From Neocallimastix sp. 'constans' (lineage: Eukaryota), in the NCBI GenBank assembly GCA_050613775.1, contig JBODTK010000010.1:1178001-1242000 (forward strand): 64,000 bases of DNA, read 5' to 3'. How positions within the stretch are numbered: the stretch's first letter is position 1; every line of letters starts with the position of its first letter. Under the pieces are notes generated by a model. The model had not been told where the DNA came from and did no database searches. It worked only from the letters and a program-made list of their open reading frames with translations. A program made the position numbers and the translations under genes. Positions 28,901 through 39,790 of the stretch are shown piece after piece.

Positions 28901-29913
28901 CCTGCACTAACTCCTATAGGTTCATACTGATAAGGTAATTTATCTAAAAATTGCTTTGTGATAATACTTAAGTTGCTACATGAATCTATTAAAGCCTTAC
29001 CACGAACTCCATCTACTATTACATCAACCATAGCAATATCATCTTCTTGTGGTTCATGATGTTTACTTTTATATGTATGATCTATATTGTTCGTTATTAT
29101 TGTAGTAGCACACATATTATCCACTGCACCTGAAATTTTAGTATTATTCTTTTCTAATTTAAGTCCTTGTGATACTTGAGACCGTATCTTTGGAGCAACG
29201 TCCAATAATTGTCCAAATGTAATATTGCAATTACTGGAGTTTAAATCTTTGATCACGTCATAACTATCACAATCAGTTTGCATTTGTATTCTTCTTGGAA
29301 TTCTAGTTGGCATAATTTCAGTTGACTTTTCTGATGATTTTTCTTGAATTAATTTATTTAAAGTTTGTTTAGAATTATTTTCTTCCTGAGAAGTTTCTTC
29401 ATTAATAACATTAACATTACTATTATTATTATTATTTTCCACAGAAGTACTAGTACTAGCTCTTTCCTTATCTCTTAGCTCTTTCTCAATTCTCTTTTCT
29501 TTTTCTATTCTAGGTTGAACCATAATCGAAGGATGTAATTGAGTTGTTGGCTTTTTGACTGGTCGCGATGTTCCCCTTAATTGATTTTCTTTTTGTTTTC
29601 GTAAACCTGGAGTAACTATTGGCTTAGGATCATCTCTTAGACTACGGTGAACCCTCTTTCCTCTTTGGTCACTAGTCTCTTCATCTTTAGGATTTGCCTT
29701 TCTCTTTATAACGTTTACTAAGTAATCCAATTCTTTGGAACCATCCGACTCATCATCAAAATCTTCGTAATAATCCGTAGTAGTACCTTCTTGGAAATCA
29801 GCAATTTCTTCATAATCATCATCTTCTTTTAAGTCAACTGTTTTGGAACGATGGCAGACTGAAGCAATTTTTTTGACGATGGGAGTGCTTCTACTCCCTT
29901 TTAGTGGTTTAAA
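25909..29913 (-). CDS. pol: Pol polyprotein (PR-RT-RNaseH-IN), entered by -1 frameshift from gag
   Basis: Protease ALIDSCS; RT LDLYSGYHQI/MPFGL/FIDDILI; RNase H TDAS; integrase HHCC, DIIGP..TDKG..EN and GPY/F-like PYFVGPM. Gypsy domain order. The frame stays open upstream of the TTG at 29730 back to the slippery site. Confidence 0.95.
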   Translation of the reverse strand, partial: FKPLKGSRSTPIVKKIASVCHRSKTVDLKEDDDYEEIADFQEGTTTDYYEDFDDESDGSKELDYLVNVIKRKANPKDEETSDQRGKRVHRSLRDDPKPIVTPGLRKQKENQLRGTSRPVKKPTTQLHPSIMVQPRIEKEKRIEKELRDKERASTSTSVENNNNNSNVNVINEETSQEENNSKQTLNKLIQEKSSEKSTEIMPTRIPRRIQMQTDCDSYDVIKDLNSSNCNITFGQLLDVAPKIRSQVSQGLKLEKNNTKISGAVDNMCATTIITNNIDHTYKSKHHEPQEDDIAMVDVIVDGVRGKALIDSCSNLSIITKQFLDKLPYQYEPIGVSAGRIRLATMNDDYSEDVLIKVPVNINELELLVTCRIIDKEDPFYDILINLKTQIDNQLFIHPIRYSLCRFNDQGLIEEIAPINNEYDDEEKLLCVIKALNHQEAKQQLKTIEGLPPIKYIYDTVFQSTINSNYREAITKLLEEYIDIIATSSEELTPSDLSPHKIILKEGVKPIKQKFYRLSKLKTDILKEELTKLIYKRLIEPSCSEWSSPVVLVPKKNGKWRLCIDYRKVNEATKKDSYSLPNIEEIFDSLDGAKIFSTLDLYSGYHQILMDDDSVEITTFTTKFGNYQFKVMPFGLTGAPATFQREMNRILFPLIGKCVYNFIDDILIYSRTEEEHLEHLKQVLEIFKEHKLKINIEKCSFMQTEVEVLGHKVSSEGLSPLENKVEAIKEWKAPSNIHELRSFLGAIGYYRNFIKDFAKVTAPLCTLLRKGIKFEWKKEQEESFKILKERLINAPILRFPRFDREFIIRTDASYDGIGGVLLQKDDETGKEHPVHYISRSLSKSEKNYGITDLEGAALIYCINKLKSYIMGNPKQTIVYTDHRPLIGLLKNKEPQNSRHTRWCLTVSMLGIDLRYEAGKNNVVADALSRMKNEKEKFILTTQIIKEQNENLLSRTIKEFIEEKFTTIDGVDYFVDGNNYRKLVTDTKEKLQLIFQAHSIGHEGYYKTYQRLKKSYYWNNMVNDIKRIIGKCEKCQLNKSQPYPEPTEDKPTEVEGPFTHLGLDIIGPLSKTRNNNQYIIVVVDYFTKWVEAEPTENVTSQDVIKFLINVFARHGVPQIITTDKGTQFTSDMTKIFLDLYDVYVKFITPYHPESNGLVENRNKEIGKLLRLLEQQHKEWDEILPSALWALRTTKNSITNHSSFELVYGREDQQPFDIAARPTKGINKSSDEILLEKFVSHYQWVMEAASNIKNASKYWATRREEKTSMNQAKRIKPGDLVLVRNFNRTKLEPYFVGPMKVVKKQFNTVTLADPATNIQMNRNVHLKNIVKFNSAST
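29861..29913 (-). promoter_or_regulatory. -1 programmed ribosomal frameshift signal (UUUAAAC plus pseudoknot)
   Basis: Minus strand: T TTA AAC, 8 nt spacer CACTAAAA, stem GGGAGT/ACTCCC, loop GAAGC complementary to downstream GCTTC. The -1 frame is the pol frame. Confidence 0.85.
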
Positions 29914-30818
29914 TGATTTTCATAAAACTTCTTGCGGTTATTTTCCAATATAGAATTTAATTTAGGACAGTTTCGTTTGGTATGTCCTTCATTGCTACAA
30001 AACCAGCAAGTACTAATTTTCATTTCTTTCATCTTGTTAGTGAGATTTTCTATAGATACATTTTTGTGGGTTTTTGGTTTGTTAAAATCATTTGAAATGT
30101 TCTTATTAAAGTTACTTTTAGAGTTAAGGAGATTGTAACGAGTCTTATCATAATATTCAGTACTATTTTTAATAGATAAACGATCAACTTTTTCAGCTAT
30201 AGCGAATGCTTTGGTAATAGAAATATGGTCTTTAAGCATAACCTTTCTCCATGCGTCAGGATTATTGGTTAAGGAATCTGCATAATCTAAAACACTAATT
30301 TTTCTTCTTCTCTTTTTATCCAATTTATGGTACAAAGATCTATAACGGACATTAAAATCTTTAACTTTCTCGTTCTTCTTTATTTTCATGGAACGCAATT
30401 CTCGTAACAAGTTGGTTTGATCTTCTTTAAGTCCATAGAAAGTCTTCAGATGATTTATGATTTCATCAAGGCTTGGGTAGGTGGTAGTAGATTCACTTTC
30501 TTCATCATCTTCTCCTTCACTATCGCTATCGAAATCAGAATCTTCATCTTCAGTAAGGTCATTTCCATCTTCTAGTTCTTGGATAATTTCTCTTGGTTCT
30601 CCAGAAGCCGTTAATATACAAGCAGTAAAAATAGTTTCAGGATCCTTGATATGTTGGTATTTTATCCATGTCTTTAACTCATTTGCCCAGGAGTTGATGT
30701 CAAGGTTTTGTTTAGTAAGCTTTTCAAAATCTTTTAATTCTTTCTTTAATTCTCTGAAGCTAAGCTTACTTTCTGGAGTACTCTCTGTTGGAGTACTGGA
30801 AGTACTGGATGTTCTCAT
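29901..30818 (-). CDS. gag: Gag with CCHC zinc knuckle (305 aa)
   Basis: CWFCSNEGHTKRNC; major-homology-like KKNEKVKDFNVRY; lies between PBS and pol. Confidence 0.93.
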   Translation of the reverse strand: MRTSSTSSTPTESTPESKLSFRELKKELKDFEKLTKQNLDINSWANELKTWIKYQHIKDPETIFTACILTASGEPREIIQELEDGNDLTEDEDSDFDSDSEGEDDEESESTTTYPSLDEIINHLKTFYGLKEDQTNLLRELRSMKIKKNEKVKDFNVRYRSLYHKLDKKRRRKISVLDYADSLTNNPDAWRKVMLKDHISITKAFAIAEKVDRLSIKNSTEYYDKTRYNLLNSKSNFNKNISNDFNKPKTHKNVSIENLTNKMKEMKISTCWFCSNEGHTKRNCPKLNSILENNRKKFYENHLNH

Positions 30819-31302
30819 AAAATAAAATTTATTGTATCTATAGAATGCTAAACCTCGTAATGTATAAATTGTTATAAAAAAGTAAAAATAAAAAAAATTA
30901 AAAAAAAAATAAATCTTTTAACTAATAAAATTATTAATTATTTATTATTATTAATCACTTATTAAATTATAATAATCGTGCAATCTGATAGTACACACTG
31001 TCTGACGTGCAGCTTACCTCTTGAAAGGTGTCATGCCACGCGTGTGCCACGGTTACTATTTTCAATATAAAAAATAGCAGTCCAGAGCCTACTAGCCCAA
31101 TTACTATGTAGGATAAACTTAACCCGGAAATCTATGCACGAATATTAGTTTAATTTAATATTAATTAATATTTTTAACAATTAATAATAATTAGTTAAAA
31201 ATATAAAAATTGTTTTCTTTTTTAAAAAAAATATTTGTTTTATTAGAAAAATTATTTATTAATATTATAATTTTATCCCCAATGTATTAATTTATTATTA
31301 TA

Positions 31303-31321
31303 TTCCCCGATATCTCCACCA
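31303..31321 (-). promoter_or_regulatory. Primer-binding site, probably tRNA-Ala
   Basis: Minus strand TGGTGGAGATATCGGGGAA, complementary to a tRNA 3' end ...TCTCCA-CCA typical of tRNA-Ala; 8 nt from the 5' LTR. Confidence 0.75.
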
Positions 31322-32130
31322 ATTTTTCATGGTATGGTTCATATAATTTTAGGAATATAATAATAATTAACACAAATAATAAAATTACAATAAAAAAAAT
31401 AATTTGTTTTAAAATCAATATTTATTTATTTAAATTTATAAAAGAAAAATAATAATATAATTATTTATTTAATAAAAGTAAGTTATTGATTATATTCTAT
31501 TTCACTAAAAATTACATGTATTTATATTTTTTTATCAAATTAAAATTTGTAAAGCCTAACTATTTTTTTAATAAACTAATTACTAATTATTTTTATAAAT
31601 AAAACATTTAAATTGAAATTGAATTATTATTTTAGTTAATAATATTATTGTTATAAATAGTAGTTATATATTATTGAATTATTAATTATTTAATAATAGT
31701 TTAATACTAATATATATAAAATAAAAATAAAGAGATTATACAGAATATTTTATTGTGGTTTAGTTAAATTTAGTAATTAAAAATAAATTTAAATTGATAA
31801 CGAAAATTTTAATAACTAATTAAATAGATTTGATTATTTTCAATATAACATAATACAAAAGAAATATAATATTAATATATTAAGTGGGCAAGGACAAAAT
31901 TCTTGGCTAAAGATTTTTAATACATTATAATGGAATCGGATCGATAATTCAAAAAGGAATTATAAGTTAATTGGTGATTTATTAACATAAGATTTCTATT
32001 TAGTAATATTTGAAGAATATTGGAAAGTTCCAATTATATAGAATAGAATAATCTATAAGGTTAGAATAATTTATATTATTCTAGCACAATTAGTATTATT
32101 TGTTCATTCTGTATTAAGTCTTTCCGAGGA

Positions 32131-32223
32131 GCTCGTGTAGCCTAGAGGTTTAAGGCGTCGTGCTTATAAGAGAGTACCTCTTATGCAACGCGAAGATCGC
32201 GGGTTCGACCCCCGCCATGAGCA
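32131..32223 (+). tRNA. tRNA-Ile(UAU) with 19 nt intron
   Basis: Acceptor GCTCGTG/CATGAGC, D stem GCCT/AGGC, anticodon arm TCGTG-CT TAT A^A-CGCGA with intron AGAGAGTACCTCTTATGCA after base 37, T arm GCGGG TTCGACC CCCGC, discriminator A, TTTTT terminator. Confidence 0.95.
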
Positions 32224-32304
32224 TTTTTATTTTTCATTTTGTTTAATTTTTTTTTTTTTTTTTAATTCATTTATTATAATTCATATCTATATATATGTTA
32301 TAAT

Positions 32305-32351
<47 letters not shown>

Positions 32352-32368
32352 CTATTTTATTTTATTTT

Positions 32369-32417
<49 letters not shown>

Positions 32418-32486
32418 ATTATTTTTATTTGTTTTTATTATAAAAAAATTTTTTTAAATATAAAATTAAATTAATTATAAAGAACA

Positions 32487-32521
<35 letters not shown>

Positions 32522-34777
32522 TATTATTTATGTATATATAAATTATAAATAAATGATAAAAAATTTAATATTATAAAGTATTGTATATATATAAGATAAT
32601 ACAGGATCTTAATCAATTTCTACGAAGGGTGAATCTCGCTTTAGTAGTTCAATAAATGATGAATCTCGAGGGGGAGAGTTTAGTGGATGACACCACACCA
32701 CGTACACTATCTATTTTTTTAAAGATGTTACTTCTAGCTTTTATTATTATTTATTTATTTATTTTTTTTTTTTTATTTGTTAGGAAGGGAAAAATTCCCG
32801 TATAGTATAACTTGCCAAAATACATAGTATTTTTTTTATTTTTTATTTTTTATTTTTTATTTTTTAACTTTTAATTTTTATTTTTAATTTCAAAAATGTA
32901 CTTTTCACCTACATGTATTTTTTTTTATAATAAAATTAATAAAGTTATTGAAGTATATTTTCTTCCCTGTCTAAAAAAAAAAAAAAAGTTCTCTAGGAAG
33001 ATTAGAGTGTTAAATCCTCTTTCTTCCTATGACTCTATTTCTAATTTTGAAGATTATATCAATCATTATATATACTTGTATCTTCTTGGTGGGACTTTAG
33101 TTTTAAATGAGCTACATTTCGATAGTGGGGAACAGAGACGATTAAATGAACTACTTTTCAAAGGTTCATCGGAGTCACCTGTTCCAAAAAACTGTGGGGC
33201 TTAGCGGGAATTCTTAACAAGGGCCAATACCTATCATAAGTAGTTTCGTTTGAGCTATTATTTGATAGGTATTCCAAATTACCATTACTTAACAAATGTA
33301 ATACCATTAATTTGTCGATCTTTTAGATTGATGATGAAATGGTATTCCATTGAATCTAAATTTTAAGTAATTTTCTGAATAATAAGTGTGTAAAAATATC
33401 TATGAGATGCGGTACAGACTATAAAACTTTCTTCTTGGTGGAAGAGGTACATAATATATAATAATTTTATTTCATATATATATATATATATTTTTTTTTA
33501 TTTTTTTTTATTTTTTTTTATTTTTTATTTTTTATTTTTTTTTTATTGTTTTTTTTTATTTTTTTTATTTTTATTTTATTTTATTATTTTATTATTTTAT
33601 TTTTATTTTTATTATTATTATTATTATTATTTTTTTTTTATTTTTATTTATTTTCATTTTTATTTTTATTTTTTTTTTCATTTTTATTTTTTAAAGCAAA
33701 GACCTGAATTAAAGAATATTAATGGATTTACTTTATTTGAAACTTATGGACATAATGGTAATTTAATAAATATTAAAAATATTTATTTTATTTTTATTTT
33801 TATTTTATTTTTTTTTTTTTTTGTTTGTTTGTTTTATTACTTTATATTTTTATTATTATTATTATTTTTATTTTTTTATTTTTTTTTTTTTTATTTAAAT
33901 CTTTTAATTTTTTATTATTACTATAAATTAAATAAAGTTATTCTCTAAGCCTAAAAAAAAAAAAAAAAAAAAAGAGAGGCAGACATTATTAATTCAAATT
34001 ATAAAACAAGGAATGGGATGGCTCTTGTTTAAAAACCAAATCATTTCTGGTAATGGTTCTAAAAAATGCCATTCTTACCTTGGTGTGATCGGCGGCTCTC
34101 TTTAGCAGAAATTAGGCCTCGGGCTAGTTTTGGATTAGGTTAGATTGATAAAATTTACTTAAGTATTGATTTATTATTTGATTATAATTCTTAGTCTGAT
34201 ACGATATTTTATTTATGTATCTAAATTAATATTTATTTGTGGGCAATGACAATAAGGAATTATGACAAAATAATATATTCTAATATTAAATAGAAATAAC
34301 ACATACAATAATACAAAATAAAGTAATAAATATATCTTTTTAATGTTCTCTTTATTTATTATTAATTATTAATTATTACATCAATTATTATTATTATTAC
34401 TCTTTTATATAAATATTATAATTAATTATCTCAAATATATATAATATCTCTTTTAACTATACTAAAATAAAATATAAAAATAGCTATTTATGTGAATTAA
34501 TTTATAATAAGTATAAACTTATAAATAAAAGAATTCTCCGTTTAATAATTATTATTCTAAAATTATATATATTATTCTAAAATTATTATTGACCAATAAT
34601 ATTTAAGTATTTCTTTAACCTAAAGAATCTACCTAAATACCATTTTTATAGTGGTCACGTATCAAGACGCCCCCACTTAAATTAGACTTCGTCCCCTGAA
34701 GTCTCTATAACCATGTAATAAAATTTTTTTTTTTTTTTTTTTTTTTTCTTTTTTTTGTTATTAAAATTTATTATTGG

Positions 34778-34824
<47 letters not shown>

Positions 34825-34955
34825 ATTAAATTTTTGAATTAATGATTATTATAATTTTTGAAATTCGAAATCTTGAAATTTCGAATTAATTTAATTTAAA
34901 TTATTGTTATATATATAATTATTTATTTATTAATACTTCATCATAATTAAATTAT

Positions 34956-36401
34956 TTATTTATTTTTTTTATTTCTATTATTATTATTTTTATTATTATT
35001 ATTGTTATTGTTATTGTTATTGTTATTATTGTTTTTATTATAATTCATTTCGTTAATATTATTAACATTTTTATTTTCGTTATTTGTATAATTATTATTG
35101 TTATTAGTATTGTTATTATTAAAACCACTATTATTTCCTACTGAATTTATGTTTCTACTATATCCATTATTGTTTTTATTTATATTATTTCCAATTATAT
35201 TATCTTGAGTATTATCTATATTTGAATTAAACGTATTTTCTACACAATTATTATTTAAATTATTGTTGAAATTAATTTCATTTCCAATATTTACATCTTT
35301 ATTTCCTTGCATATTATAATTTATACCATGATTATTGTATATTCTATTTTTTTTTGTATTCATATTCTCATTTAAACTACTGTTATTGTTATTGGTACCA
35401 AAATTTTTATTTAAATCATAATTACTTTTATTTAGATAATTATTTAAATTATTATAATTATTATTACCAAAATTATTATTTAAATTATAATTATTTCTAT
35501 AAATTTCTCTATTTCCATTATGCTTTTTACCAAAACTAATCATGTTATGATGATTTTCAGCAATATTACTATTTAAATTATAATTTCTACGATAATAATT
35601 AATATAGTTTTTATTTCTATCATATGAATTAAATTTATAATTATAATTATTATGATTTCCAGGTATAAAATTTCTTCTTTTATTTATTTCCAAAATTCCA
35701 GTTCTTTCTAATTCCGCTAATTCTTTAAACGAGTGTCTACAATTAATTGCTTTATGACCTAACTCATAGCATCTAAAGCACATAATTTTATTATTCTTAT
35801 TGTTTTTATTGCTATTTAATTTATTCATTTTGCAATTATTATTATTCCATTTTTGATTATTATTCTTATAAATATTATTTAAATTTAAATTTAATTTCTT
35901 TTCAATTCTTTCAACTTTTTCTGCATATTTGATAGCTTCTTTTATATCTTCGATTTCTTCTTCTAATATTCTTAAAAAAGGATATATTCTGGACCTGATT
36001 GAATTAACATAATTATTAACAGTAATTAATTTCTTTATATTACTATCAATATCATTATATTTTCTTAAGTATTTATAATTAAAATTACTAATTGATTCAT
36101 TTGAATTAATTTTTAAATTAATTAAGTTCCAATATTTTACGCTTGATGTTATTTCTAGATATTCTTCTAAGGCTATTTTTATTTCTTTTAAGCTAGGAAC
36201 CTGATTATTTTTTTCCTTTAATTCATCAAGAACATACCTAATTTCTTTATTTACACATTCTTTACATAAAATAAATCTTCTTTCTTGTTCTTTTATATTC
36301 CATAATTCAAATAACTCAGTTAATTCTTCTATCCATTCATTAATATCATTATTATAATTTTCTAATAATGGTAACGTATTTAATATCTTAAAAACATTCA
36401 T
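34956..36401 (-). CDS. gag: Gag-like protein with CCHC knuckle and long Asn-rich tail (481 aa)
   Basis: CFRCYELGHKAINC; N-terminal region resembles family A Gag (DINEWIEEL vs DINSWANEL; NESISNFNYKY vs NEKVKDFNVRY). Confidence 0.85.
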   Translation of the reverse strand: MNVFKILNTLPLLENYNNDINEWIEELTELFELWNIKEQERRFILCKECVNKEIRYVLDELKEKNNQVPSLKEIKIALEEYLEITSSVKYWNLINLKINSNESISNFNYKYLRKYNDIDSNIKKLITVNNYVNSIRSRIYPFLRILEEEIEDIKEAIKYAEKVERIEKKLNLNLNNIYKNNNQKWNNNNCKMNKLNSNKNNKNNKIMCFRCYELGHKAINCRHSFKELAELERTGILEINKRRNFIPGNHNNYNYKFNSYDRNKNYINYYRRNYNLNSNIAENHHNMISFGKKHNGNREIYRNNYNLNNNFGNNNYNNLNNYLNKSNYDLNKNFGTNNNNSSLNENMNTKKNRIYNNHGINYNMQGNKDVNIGNEINFNNNLNNNCVENTFNSNIDNTQDNIIGNNINKNNNGYSRNINSVGNNSGFNNNNTNNNNNYTNNENKNVNNINEMNYNKNNNNNNNNNNNNNNKNNNNRNKKNK

Positions 36402-37082
36402 CTTTAAAAAATTTTATTTATTCTTATATATTTTTTTATTATAATTTTCTATTTCAATTTAATATTATTATAACTATTACTATTATAATTATTAGTAACT
36501 AATTTAAACTAATTAAATTCTTTTTATATACATACTAAATAATATTTATTATATAGACGTATTATTTTATTAATATTATTTTCATATTATTTTGCTATTG
36601 TCACGCCCGGATTCTCCACCAAATTTGATACGATATTTTATTTATGTATCTAAATTAATATTTATTTATGGGCAATGACAATAAGGAATTATGACAAAAT
36701 AATATATTCTAATATTAAATAGAAATAACACATACAATAATACAAAATAAAGTAATAAATATATCTTTTTAATGTACTCTTTATTTATTATTAATTATTA
36801 ATTATTACATCAATTATTATTACTACTCTCTTACATAAATATTATAATTAATTATCTCAAATATACATAATATCTCTTTTTAACTATACTAAAATAAAAT
36901 ATAAAAATAGCTATTTATGTGAATTAATTTATCATAAGTATATACTTATAAATAAAAGAATTCTCCGTTTAACAATTATTATTCTAAAATTATATATATT
37001 ATTATAAAATTATTATTGACCAATAATATTTAAGTATTTCTTTAACCTAAAGAATCTACCTAAATACCATTTTTATAGTGGT

Positions 37083-38670
37083 TGTAAAATAAAGTACTTA
37101 TCAAGTCTAGGTTTGTGGCTATTCTAAACTAACTTTACTACACTAATAACACTATATCTTAAACCTCTATTATTTAATTAATTATTTTCTTTTTTAATTT
37201 CTTTTATTTATTTTATTTATTAACTAATTTTCAACAACCACTTAACTGGGTAACGCAGGGTCCTTTCCGGAGTTCCCACTAGCAGTTAAGGTTTTACAAA
37301 CTATAATATAATTGTTTTATAAGAAAGTAACTATTCTAATAATAGTTACGAAACTAATAATAAAATTTAAATTTTCCTATTCTATACGATTTTCCAACTA
37401 TCGTTCAATAGTTGAAAAATTAACTCTTTTTATACTTTTTCAAAATAAAGTTTTAAATCAAAATAAATTTTAATAAATTACATAAACATATTATTTTATA
37501 TTATCAATTACATTATTTAATAAATTACATGAAATGTTATGAATTATTTTAATATAAATCCTATTTAAAACTATCTAATTTTTCTAAAATTTTCTATGAA
37601 GAAAATTTAGAGTTTAATTCATTAATTATATGATTAAATATATTCTATCCATATATTTAATTTAAATTTTGCCAAGTTGTGAAAACCAATTTACTAAACC
37701 ACAACTTGCTATTTTTATTTTTAGAATTTCTATAATTTAAAAGACAAGTAAACAAAACGGCAAGTTTTTGTAAACAAACGGAAAAGGCAATATTCCTTTA
37801 ATTATTTTAATTTAACTAATTAATGACTAATTATTTTTTAATTTATGAAGTTTCGTGATTCAACTGAGTAATTGTTACGTAAATTCTCCAAATAATTTAG
37901 TCATAAATTTTTGAGAAAATTATTTAAATTAATAATTTGGAATACATTTAAATTTATATTAAAAATTTGGAAAACATTTTTATCCACAATAATTTACATT
38001 ACATTACATTTATGTTAAGATAATAACTGAATTTCAATTCAATTTCAATTTCGATAATTCAGTTATTTGAATTTCAATATTAAAAAATAATAATATAATA
38101 ATTATTATTAAATTAACTTTATTAAAATATTTAGGAATTAGTCTAGGCCAACTAATTACTAAATATTATTAACATATTGAATTTAATATATATTAAATAA
38201 TGTAAACACGTGATTGTCATATTAAATTAATTTCTACAATATTTGATTCTTATATTTTATTTATATTAAATACTTATATTATTATCTAACTTTATATTAT
38301 CAATATCAAACTTATATTAATATTATTTACATATTCATATTAATAATTAATATTTTAATAATTAATTATTTTATATAAATACATGTTTAAATTCTTTTGA
38401 TTAATCCTTTGTAGGATTATTGTAATTTAAATTATAGTAATAATTATATAAAATAATAATGTAATAAAATATTATTAAGATTAAATAAAATTTATATTTT
38501 AAATAAAAATTTAATTATAAAATTTACTAATAACAATATGTTTTAAATAAGAGTAAAATTAAGTTATTAATTAATTACTATAATTTGGCATCTTGACCTA
38601 ATCGTTAAGACCAAATTATCTTAAAACTTTGACAATTTAAATACGTATTCAAATTATTAAATATTTTACA
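37083..38670. mobile_element. 1.59 kb solo-LTR-like insertion (G) nested in the family B 5' LTR
   Basis: Termini TGTAAAATA...TATTTTACA (9 bp inverted repeat) with 5 bp TSD GTGGT (37078-37082 and 38671-38675). The uninterrupted site is seen in the other B LTR at 34651-34664. Confidence 0.9.
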
Positions 38671-38689
38671 GTGGTCATGTATCATTGAC

Positions 38690-39729
38690 TGTAAGAAACT
38701 TAGATAAATTTATTATAAAATTTATCTATCTTTCTTATTTAATACATTAATTTAATACATTAAATTATTGTATTTATTTTAACCAATAATATTTAATTAT
38801 TAATTTATATATATTTGATTCTCTTGAGTTCTCTTCGAGAAATCAAGAGTTATTATTTTAGAATTTTTATAATAAATAATAATTCAAATAAAATAATTAA
38901 TTAATAAAACAAAACCCTTTTAATAAAACATATTTTATAAATATTTGTGTCTTTTATCCCTTTTGTGTTATTGTTTATTATAAACTTTCTATAATAAACT
39001 CTATCTTATATTTAAGTTAAGTATAATTATTAATTTATATTATTTTATATTTATTTAATTATATTTAATTTTATTTTCTCAAATTAATGTTAATTAGTAA
39101 TAATTAATGTTAATTTGTAGTTAAGAAATTATTTATAATTAATTTTATAAGTAATTTCTTACAATAATAACTCTTCTTTTTAGGAAGAAAATATTTTATA
39201 AATAATTTAATATGAATATAACAAAAAATAATAATTAAAATTATAATGGAATAATTAAATTAAATAAATTCATTTTATATTATTTACGAAATTTTTTCTT
39301 TCTCTCAATTTAAATTTATAAATTTTTTTTGTTTATTTTTTATTTTTCTTTTCATTGTTTATGTTTGTTTATGTCATATATATATTATTTATTTTGTTTA
39401 ATTTATTATTACATTGACTAACAATTCTTTATTATTATATATATTAAACATTATAACTTTATAATAATATGACAACACTTATTCTGTTTACTTTGCCTAT
39501 TTACTTTTAAAAATAAGTCTTTATAAATTTCATAAAAATTAACAATATTAAATACTAACTATTTTACTTTATTTTATTTTATATAACATATTTATCTATT
39601 ATAATATTATATTTATATTATATTTTAATATTATATAATTGTTTTTATATATAACATTATATACATTATATACATTATATACATTATATACATTATATAC
39701 ATTATATACATTATATATATATATTTTCT

Positions 39730-39790
<61 letters not shown>

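Larger units (their letters stand above)
25099..32116 (-). mobile_element. Full-length Ty3/gypsy LTR retrotransposon, family A copy 1
   Basis: ~787 bp LTRs at 25099-25885 and 31330-32116; gag and pol; PBS 31303-31321; PPT-like AGCGGGGG next to the 3' LTR; ends 14 bp upstream of the tRNA at 32131. Confidence 0.97.
34197..38684 (-). mobile_element. Gag-only non-autonomous LTR element, family B
   Basis: ~467 bp LTRs TGATAC...GTATCA at 34197-34664 and 36626-38684 (the latter split by an insertion); PBS GCCCGGATTCTCCACCA 36605-36621; PPT-like GTGGGGG next to the 3' LTR; no pol. Confidence 0.9.

Noticed and set aside
27050..30825. Plus-strand ORFs inside gag/pol (and copies at 54316-57434)
   Set aside because: Short antisense shadows with no recognisable motif
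32183..32443. MQREDRGFDPRHEH ORFs (also 42142, 59819)
   Set aside because: Translation of the tRNA 3' half plus poly-T
32131..34196. tRNA-headed SINE interpretation of the unit (tRNA plus LINE 3' fragments)
   Set aside because: The tRNA is complete, keeps its intron and is followed at once by a Pol III terminator; units are tandem with no unit-level TSD
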